Shown here piece after piece: positions 57,282-64,000 of a DNA stretch of 64,000 nt. The DNA is from an uncultured Acidobacteriota bacterium (GTDB lineage Bacteria; Acidobacteriota; Polarisedimenticolia; JACPZX01). The stretch is from NCBI GenBank assembly GCA_964568735.1, contig CAZMRF010000016.1, positions 2,037 to 66,036 of the forward strand, given 5' to 3'. The notes under the pieces are model-generated. The model was given only the letters and a program-made list of their open reading frames with translations. It ran no database searches and was not told where the DNA came from. The position numbers and the translations under genes were made by a program. The first letter of the stretch is position 1. Every line of letters begins with the position of its first letter.

Positions 57282-57893
57282 TCACTCCTGGGCTGTGCTG
57301 AAATCGAGCAGGCGCGCGATCTTGCTCCTGAACTCCTCGATGTTCAGGGGTTTTTTCATGTAATCGGAGGCACCGCAGCGGACGATCTCCTCCTGGGCGT
57401 TGTTGTCCATGAAGCCGGAAATCGCGAGGATCTTGGTCCCCGAGGTCGCCGGGTTGGCGCGTATTCTGCGGCAAGCCTCGAAGCCGTCCATCCGGGGCAT
57501 CTTCAGGTCGAGCACGAGCAGGTCGGGCTTGGAGTGACCGGCCTTCAGGAGCGCCTCGTAGCCGTCGCCCGCCTCCTCCACCTCGAGACCCATCTCCATG
57601 GTCCTGAGGACCTCGGCGAGCATCTCGCGCACGGAGGAGTCGTCGTCCACGAGGAGGACCCTTCGCGCGGTTCTCTCGAAGAACTCGGGGTAGATCGGCA
57701 TCTGGTGCCGGACCAGGAACTCCTTGAAGTCCTCGCTGTCGACCCGGAAGTGACCGCCGGGCGTTCGGAAAGCCTTCAGGCGACCATTGCGGATCCACTT
57801 CTTGACGGCATTCGTGGAAACGTCGCAGTAGCGTGCGACCTCGCCTGTCGTCAGGAGCTTCGAATGGCTGGTAGGTGCTTTGGCCTTCGCCAC
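57282..57893 (-). CDS. Response regulator with N-terminal excisionase/MerR-like HTH (HTH_17) and C-terminal REC
   Basis: LLTTGEVARYCDVSTNAVKKWIRNGRLKAFRTPGGHFRV; VLLVDDD, PDLLVLDLKMPRMDG, KP. Confidence 0.9.
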   Translation of the reverse strand: MAKAKAPTSHSKLLTTGEVARYCDVSTNAVKKWIRNGRLKAFRTPGGHFRVDSEDFKEFLVRHQMPIYPEFFERTARRVLLVDDDSSVREMLAEVLRTMEMGLEVEEAGDGYEALLKAGHSKPDLLVLDLKMPRMDGFEACRRIRANPATSGTKILAISGFMDNNAQEEIVRCGASDYMKKPLNIEEFRSKIARLLDFSTAQE

Positions 57894-57937
57894 TTTTATA
57901 TCCTTTTTCCGAATGTTCCGCTTTTTACGGCTCGCGC

Positions 57938-57966
57938 AATATATGCCGACCCGAAAGGGGTGTCAA
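57938..57966 (-). promoter_or_regulatory. Sigma70-type promoter of the HTH-REC gene
   Basis: TTGACA, 17 bp, TATATT on the minus strand. Confidence 0.7.
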
Positions 57967-58045
57967 GCGGGAAACCAGGGACAGAGAGACCTGCGATCGG
58001 GCCCTCCTTCTATCCGATAACCCTTTATTCTGGAAAGGCTTAGAG

Positions 58046-60190
58046 CTAGCCAGAAAGGGCAGCGGCGCGGCGCTTCGCGCCGGGGGCGATTGCGGGCCCG
58101 TCGTGCGATTCCCATGTCGCGGTCGCGGAGGAGGCGGCCTCCGAGAAGGCCGAGCGAGCTTCGGCTTTGAGGCCGAGCCGCTCGTAGCAGAGGCCGGTCA
58201 GGTACCGGACCGTTCCTATCGAGATCCCGGCGCCGTCGGGAAGGTGCGAGTTCCTGAATGCGTCCCGGATGGCAGCCTCCCACTGATCGAAGTGCATCAG
58301 CGCGACCCCGAGGTTCAACCATGCATAGCCCGCGGTGACGGCATCCTCACCCGCAAGCGCGGCGGCCTGTCGCAGGTCCGCGATGGCCTTGTTGTAGAGG
58401 ATCGTCGCGTCCCGCATGGGCAGCATGACCGGCGTCTCCCTCAGCACGATCTCGAGGCGGCGTGACCCCCCCGGGCCCTCCGCGCTGACCGAGGCCGTCT
58501 CCCCCGGGTTCATCTTCCGCAGCGCTCCCTCGAAATCCGCGGAGCCGGCGAGTGGCGAGCCCGCGAAGGAGGCCAGCGCATCTCCCGCCGCGACTCCCGC
58601 GACGGCCGCGGGACTGCCCGGAGTGACGGCGAGCACGATGGGGTGCTTCTCTCCCCTCACGTCGATGAGCTTGATGCCGCTCCAGGGCTGGCGGACGGGG
58701 AGCTCCCGCTCCAGGGCCGCCGAGACCGCGCGGAACGGAGCTCCCGCCGAGCCTTCGAGGGTCCAGCGATCGGGAATGTCCTGCGCAGGGCCGTAGAGGA
58801 GGACCTCCACTTTCTCGCCAATCGCGCCCGCCGGCTGGGCGATCAGGATCAGCTCCACCTTGAGCGAGGCGAAGAGGTCCTTGAGCGTCGCTCCGCCCAG
58901 GCCCCGGCCGCGCGAGCTCTCCATCTCCAGGCGGACGCGCTGAGGAGTGTCACCCGGGATTCCGCCGCCCGGTCGCACGACGTTGTAGCGCTCCAGGGAT
59001 CCCATCGCGCTGCCGAGGCTCTCGGCCTCGGAGAGGCCGGGACGAAGGTCGAAAGCTGCGATCGTGAGACGGAGCGCCTTCTTGATCTCCACCTGCTGGT
59101 TCTTCCTGACTTCCACGCCGCCCGCGTATCGCCCGAGCCCGGCTGCCTCCAGGACGAGATCGTGCGGGCCGGAGCAGAGCCCCTCCAGCGTGAGGGGCGC
59201 CTTGCCCCGGGACTTACCGTCGAGGATCACGTCGGCCCCGGGAGGCTCGGAGGCGATTCTCAGGCTCCCCCTGCTCGGCTCGAGGACGAAGGGCTTGTAG
59301 GCCACGGGCGCGTTGTCAGCCGGATCCACCTTGACGTCGACATTGACCGTTACGGGCTCGTAGCAGTCCTTCCGGAGAGCCATGGTGTGCTCACCCGGAG
59401 GGAGATTCGCGACGAGGAGAGGCTCGGAGAGGTCCGCGATGGCGATTCCCATCTCCCGGGCAACATCCTCGTACTCCGCTCCGGCCCTGCCGAAGGTCGA
59501 GCCCTTCTCGACGCCGTCCACGAGGACCTTGACCTCCCGGGGAAGCGTCGCCACACGGATGCCTCGCGCATTGGGCGTCAGCTTGAGGCTGCGTTCGAGC
59601 CTGCCTCCCGCCTCCACCTGGATCGGCTCCTCGATCCCGTCGAAGCCTTCTCGCACGATCTTCAAGCTATGCGGCCCCGCCAGCACGTCCCGATCGCTGA
59701 TGGGTGAAGGGCCGAGGGAGACGCCGTCCAGGAGGACCTCGGCCCCGAGCGGATCCGTGTCGATCCGCAGCACCCCGGCGAGCTTCTTCTTGGCGCCCGT
59801 GAAGAGGGCGACGATCTTGGAGGAGATCCCCTCGAGATCGATCGTGTGGGCGGGCTCGAAGCGAATCAGCTCCTCGAAGTCGGCGGATGCCTCGTCGTTG
59901 CGGCCCAGGTTGGCCAGCGCGACCGCCCGCCCCTCCCAGGCCTCAGCCACGATCTGGCGAGCGTCGGGGGTCACCGTCGGCATCTGCCCGCTCTTGTAGG
60001 CGTCGACGAGCCGCGTGTACGACTCGATGGCCCCGGCGAACTCGAGCGAGTCCAGGAGCCCGGTCGCTTCCTGAAGCATCGCGCGGTAATGCGCGATGGC
60101 CGAGGCGATGTCCTCTTCTTCCACCTGGCCGAGCGGAGCCGAGATCGCCATGAGAAGCGCCGCGGCCAGCACCGCGAGGCGCCGCCTCAC
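58046..60190 (-). CDS. Secreted protein with TPR, several PEGA domains, PDZ and C-terminal TPR
   Basis: Signal peptide from GTG 60190; PEGA IDTDPLGAEVLLDG and IASEPPGADVILDG; PDZ VTPGSPAAVAGVAAGD. Confidence 0.8.
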   Translation of the reverse strand: MRRRLAVLAAALLMAISAPLGQVEEEDIASAIAHYRAMLQEATGLLDSLEFAGAIESYTRLVDAYKSGQMPTVTPDARQIVAEAWEGRAVALANLGRNDEASADFEELIRFEPAHTIDLEGISSKIVALFTGAKKKLAGVLRIDTDPLGAEVLLDGVSLGPSPISDRDVLAGPHSLKIVREGFDGIEEPIQVEAGGRLERSLKLTPNARGIRVATLPREVKVLVDGVEKGSTFGRAGAEYEDVAREMGIAIADLSEPLLVANLPPGEHTMALRKDCYEPVTVNVDVKVDPADNAPVAYKPFVLEPSRGSLRIASEPPGADVILDGKSRGKAPLTLEGLCSGPHDLVLEAAGLGRYAGGVEVRKNQQVEIKKALRLTIAAFDLRPGLSEAESLGSAMGSLERYNVVRPGGGIPGDTPQRVRLEMESSRGRGLGGATLKDLFASLKVELILIAQPAGAIGEKVEVLLYGPAQDIPDRWTLEGSAGAPFRAVSAALERELPVRQPWSGIKLIDVRGEKHPIVLAVTPGSPAAVAGVAAGDALASFAGSPLAGSADFEGALRKMNPGETASVSAEGPGGSRRLEIVLRETPVMLPMRDATILYNKAIADLRQAAALAGEDAVTAGYAWLNLGVALMHFDQWEAAIRDAFRNSHLPDGAGISIGTVRYLTGLCYERLGLKAEARSAFSEAASSATATWESHDGPAIAPGAKRRAAALSG

Positions 60191-60197
60191 GGTGGGC

Positions 60198-61754
60198 TCA
60201 GTCGAAGAGGAGGATCGTTCGCTTGCGCTTGTCATAGACGTAGACCTCGCCACTCGGCCCCACCGCGACGCAGCCCGGCTCCTCCAGCGCGTGGGGCGCG
60301 CCGGCGGAGGGAGAGATGGACGCAAGCCTGGCTCCATCGGGCGAGAGCACATCCACCGCCGCCCGCTTCGCGTCCAGCACGTAGAGGTTGCCGAGCGGAT
60401 CGGAGGCCACATCGACGGGATCCTCGAAAGTGAGCGCCTTGCCGCCGGGAGCCAGCGGCGCCAGGCGATCGCGATCGAGGACCATGAGGCCGCGGCTCTT
60501 GCCGTCGAGGACGATCACCCGGCCTCCGGGCTGAACGGTCATCGCGAGCATCCTCGCTCCCGAGGCCTTGTCCCCCGCGAGCACCCTCGGGCTCGACAGG
60601 TCCTTGCCGAAGAGGAGCAGCTCCCCCTCCCCGCGATCGAGGATGTAGAGCTCGTTGAGCGTGCTTCGCCAGGAGCCGGCGATGCGCTCCACCGGCTCGA
60701 GCTTCGCCCCGTCCTTGCGCTGGGGCGCGAGGCTCTCGCCTCCAGCCGTCACCTTCCCGGCTCCGGAAACGACGAGGCCGCCGAAGGCGTCGAAGGAGGT
60801 GAGAATCGCGCCCGGGAAGGGCTCGTTCTTTGCGAGCCGCCCCTCACGCGTGAAGGTCAGGATCGCGCCTCGCCTGGAATCGGCGGCGACGATGTCGCCC
60901 GAAGGCGCGACGGCCATGTGGATCTCCCCCCGGAGATCCTCTCCGGCCGGGAGCTGCGGCACGAAGGCCGCGGCGGGCTGGTATCGTGGCGGCCGGCCCG
61001 CAGCAGGCAGGAGGCGGACCCGGTACAGGAGGGTCAGCCAGTCCAGGGCGCTCTGCGCCGCCGGCCCCTCCGGAGCCTCCAGGCGGCAGGCCTGGAAGGC
61101 CTCCGCGGAGCTGACCGCGTCCCCGATCCTGGCGTTGCAGATCCCGAGGAAGTACTGCGCCTCGGCCGCGGCTGCGCCGTGAGGGGTTTCTTGAAGCGCG
61201 CGCTCCAGGGAGAGGATGGCCCTGTCGTAGCCCAGCTTCTCCAGCTCGGAGAAGGCGGCTCCGACGTGGGCCCTGCCCACCCAGGGGCTGCCGGGGTAGA
61301 TGTTGACCACGCGCGAGAAGCTCGCGTAGGCCTCGTCGAGGTTGCGCCGCGGAGATTGAGGCTCGAGCGCGAGCAGCCCGAGAAGGTAGAGCGCCTGCGG
61401 CGCCGAATCGGATTGTGGGTAGCGCTCTCGCACTTGCTCGAAGTACGAGCGCGCCGCCTCCTGGCCCTTCACGGCGACGGAGCCGAGCTGCCACAGCGAG
61501 GCGGCCGGATACTGCTGCGCGCCCAGGCGCATCAGGGCGTCGTCAGCCCAGGCGCTCTCCGGGAAGGACTGGACGATCTGCTGGAAATCCCGCACGGCCT
61601 GCTCGAGCTTGCCCTCCCGCATGAGCTGATCGGCGTTGTCGAAGGTCCTGCGAGCCAGGTCGGCGTCGGCGGCGGTCTGCGCAAAGGCGGGCGGGAAGGC
61701 GGCCGCCAGCGAGGCCGCGGCGAGGATCACTCCGATGCGTGCGATTCCGTTCAT
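60198..61754 (-). CDS. Secreted BamD/YfiO-like TPR protein with NHL-repeat beta-propeller
   Basis: FPESAWADDAL, YPQSDSAPQALY, YPGSPWV; NHL FEDPVDVASDPLGNLYVLD and EEPGCVAVGPSGEVYVYD. Confidence 0.8.
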   Translation of the reverse strand: MNGIARIGVILAAASLAAAFPPAFAQTAADADLARRTFDNADQLMREGKLEQAVRDFQQIVQSFPESAWADDALMRLGAQQYPAASLWQLGSVAVKGQEAARSYFEQVRERYPQSDSAPQALYLLGLLALEPQSPRRNLDEAYASFSRVVNIYPGSPWVGRAHVGAAFSELEKLGYDRAILSLERALQETPHGAAAAEAQYFLGICNARIGDAVSSAEAFQACRLEAPEGPAAQSALDWLTLLYRVRLLPAAGRPPRYQPAAAFVPQLPAGEDLRGEIHMAVAPSGDIVAADSRRGAILTFTREGRLAKNEPFPGAILTSFDAFGGLVVSGAGKVTAGGESLAPQRKDGAKLEPVERIAGSWRSTLNELYILDRGEGELLLFGKDLSSPRVLAGDKASGARMLAMTVQPGGRVIVLDGKSRGLMVLDRDRLAPLAPGGKALTFEDPVDVASDPLGNLYVLDAKRAAVDVLSPDGARLASISPSAGAPHALEEPGCVAVGPSGEVYVYDKRKRTILLFD

Positions 61755-61779
61755 GCTCCCGGTCCGGGGAAGGCCGAGC

Positions 61780-63996
61780 CTACTTGAGGATGAACTTGAC
61801 GGGCGCGCGCTGCCCTTCGATCACGAGAACCGTCTGCTCCTGGCTCTGGCCCGTCGGAAGAACATACCTGATCTTGTAGGTGCCTTCCGCAAGAGAGTAA
61901 TCCAGGATGGGCGGCGATCCCAGCTTCTTCCCGTTGACGAAGATTTCTCCGCTGCTCGGGTTGGCGTGGACGGTGATGGCGCCGACACCGGGGAATTCTA
62001 CCGCAGGGGTGACGGTGTCATCTGGACGCACCTCGACCTCCGCGGAGATCCGCACGAAGAGGTCCTCGTTCACGAATGTCAGCGAGTGGCTGCCCGCCTT
62101 GAGCTGGAGCCGCTCCCCCGCCCGCCCGACGGGGGTGTCGCCCTCCAGCACCCGCAGGGCGTAGGGAGCCTTGATCGAGACGAAGCCATCGGGCAGCGTC
62201 GGGAGGTCCAGCGCCACGGTCGAGCTGGAGACCCAATCCGTGTCCGCGGCGTAGTCGCGGGAAACGTTCTGGTGGCCTTCGAGGCGCGCGCCGATCGTGT
62301 GCGGCTGGCAGAGCTCCACGTTGATGTCGGCGGGAGTCCTCGCTCCGGCGCTCCGGCCGTCCAGGAGGATCGCAGCCCCGGGCGGCGTGGAGGTCACGCG
62401 CACGGGCTCGAGCCTCGCCGTCTTCAGCTCGATCCTGACCGGCTCCTCGCGGCTCGCCTTCACCGTGGTCCGATCCACGAAACACTCGTTCTCCCCGACC
62501 AGCGTGTGCGAGGCCTTGTCGCTCTTGGCCAGCGTGATCGCGTCACCCATGACCTCGTTGTTGTCGAGATAGATGCGCCCCCCCGGCGGGTCGGTGATGA
62601 CGGAGATCGTGACCACTTCACCCTCGGGCAGCGGCGAGGGGAGATCCACGGCGGGGCCTGCCGGAGCCGGGGCCGCCGGCGCCGGAGCCTCCGACCCGGA
62701 CTGAGGCGCCGACGGGAGCAGGCCCGCGCTCTTGAGGCTCCGCGCCAGATCGGCCAGTCCGACGCGGTCCAGCAGGTCGGGCCTGAGGTAGGCGACGGCG
62801 GCGGAGGCTGCCAGGGCGAAGAAGATCGAGAGGACCACGACGAATGCCACGAGAAGCCCGTGGCTCCTCGGCGCGGGCCGGGCCGCGGACTGCATCGCCA
62901 TGGCCGCGACGGCCGCTCCGGCGGCTGCCACGGCCGCGGCCTCGCTCTGCCGCAGAGCCGATCGGGAGGCACGGGATTGCTCCACGGATCGGCGGGCGAC
63001 GTCCGCCATGGAGCGGGCCATGTCGGCCGGCTCGTCGTCGTCAGCCTCGGCCTCCAGCTCCAGATCCGGCCCCTCGATCCTCGAACCCGTCGCACCGGGC
63101 GCCAGCAGCTCCGTGGGCGGCGCCGGAGCCGCGCGCCCGCCTCTCTGGCTGCCGGAGCCCGACGTCACCGAATCCAGGTACTCCTGGAGCGCCTTTCCGA
63201 GCTCCTGGCAGGAGGCGTAGCGGCTGGCAGGGTCCTTCTCGATGGACTTGAGGAGGATCTTGCACAGAGGGGAGGGCACCCTCGGGTTCGCGAGATCGGG
63301 CCGCGTGGGGTGCTCGTGGAGGATGCGGTAGATGATCGTGGAGATGGTCTCGCCGCCGAAGGGCCGCTCGCCCGTGAGCATCTCGTAGAGAACGACGCCC
63401 AGGGAGAAGAGGTCGCTGCGGCCGTCGAGGGCCTTGCCCATGATCTGCTCGGGCGACATGTAGGTCGGCGTGCCGATGAGCGTCCCGGCGCTCGTGAGGT
63501 CGGCGGAGGGGTTCTTGGCCAGCCCGAAGTCCGTCACCTTCACCTGGCGGTTCTCGACCAGCATCAGGTTCGCGGGCTTGACGTCCCTGTGGATGATCTT
63601 GTGCTGGTGGGCGAAGTGGAGCGCCTCGCAGGCCTGGATGACGAGCTGCACCACCTTCTCGACCGGCATGAGGTTGTCGGACTTGGTGGCGGCCTCCAGG
63701 GTGGGGCCGTCGATGTACTCCATGGCGATGTAGGAGTCGCCGCGGTCCTCACCCACGTCGAAGATGGTGACGATCCCCGGGTGAAGGAGCCTTCCTGCGG
63801 CCTGGGCCTCGCGCAGGAAGCGCACCCGGGATTCGTTCGCCTCCGCCTGCGACGAGCCGGGGTTGCTATGGATGGTCTTGATGGCGACCTTGCGGTCGAT
63901 CTTGGGATCGTGGGCGAGGTAGACGCGGCCCATGGCGCCACGCCCGAGCTCGATCTGAATCTCGAAGCGCCCGATGGTCGAGGGATGATCCGCCAC
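61780..63996 (-). CDS. Membrane Ser/Thr protein kinase (Hanks type) with extracytoplasmic PEGA domains
   Basis: LGRGAMGRVY, VAIK, IHRDVKPAN, TDFG, GTPTYMSPEQ, DLFSLG; TM; PEGA TDPPGGRIYLD and STPPGAAILLDG. Confidence 0.92.
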   Translation of the reverse strand: MADHPSTIGRFEIQIELGRGAMGRVYLAHDPKIDRKVAIKTIHSNPGSSQAEANESRVRFLREAQAAGRLLHPGIVTIFDVGEDRGDSYIAMEYIDGPTLEAATKSDNLMPVEKVVQLVIQACEALHFAHQHKIIHRDVKPANLMLVENRQVKVTDFGLAKNPSADLTSAGTLIGTPTYMSPEQIMGKALDGRSDLFSLGVVLYEMLTGERPFGGETISTIIYRILHEHPTRPDLANPRVPSPLCKILLKSIEKDPASRYASCQELGKALQEYLDSVTSGSGSQRGGRAAPAPPTELLAPGATGSRIEGPDLELEAEADDDEPADMARSMADVARRSVEQSRASRSALRQSEAAAVAAAGAAVAAMAMQSAARPAPRSHGLLVAFVVVLSIFFALAASAAVAYLRPDLLDRVGLADLARSLKSAGLLPSAPQSGSEAPAPAAPAPAGPAVDLPSPLPEGEVVTISVITDPPGGRIYLDNNEVMGDAITLAKSDKASHTLVGENECFVDRTTVKASREEPVRIELKTARLEPVRVTSTPPGAAILLDGRSAGARTPADINVELCQPHTIGARLEGHQNVSRDYAADTDWVSSSTVALDLPTLPDGFVSIKAPYALRVLEGDTPVGRAGERLQLKAGSHSLTFVNEDLFVRISAEVEVRPDDTVTPAVEFPGVGAITVHANPSSGEIFVNGKKLGSPPILDYSLAEGTYKIRYVLPTGQSQEQTVLVIEGQRAPVKFILK

Positions 63997-64000
63997 GGAA

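Noticed and set aside
57282-57893. Excisionase-like HTH as evidence of a prophage or ICE
   Set aside because: It is fused to a REC domain as a regulator, and there are no integrase, phage or conjugation genes nearby.

Overview
GC-rich bacterial chromosomal segment from a diderm organism. An Acidobacteriota-like source is my impression from the protein styles, not something the sequence demonstrates. Left to right: a partial FecR-domain gene, ppiD, a TPR gene, tRNA-Ala(GGC), an unannotated 21-aa basic micro-ORF, a PAP2 gene and tRNA-Sec (selC). After selC comes a small integrase-free accessory region, bounded by a copy of the selC 3' end and by a tRNA-Thr-like 3' fragment, that carries genes for secreted Cys-rich or repeat proteins. 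Next are HAD and sulfatase-like genes, an ArnC/LAB_N/ArnT-like trio, a GGDEF-EAL pair, and an iron operon (fur, feoB, Cys-rich protein, DtxR-FeoA, apbE, porin, FMN-binding protein, cytochrome b-like protein) behind a perfect 19-bp palindrome. Then come a dCMP deaminase, a PP2C phosphatase, a wHTH regulator and REC-PilZ pair, and a ~23 kb convergent Wzx/Wzy polysaccharide locus. That locus contains a hidden CxxU (TGA-recoded) Rdx-family selenoprotein and is headed by small secreted proteins sharing a hydrophobic-acidic-[AG]SPxxP motif. The window ends with an HTH-REC regulator and a Ser/Thr kinase, TPR/NHL and PEGA/PDZ module. All product calls come from motif recognition by eye; no database searches were run.
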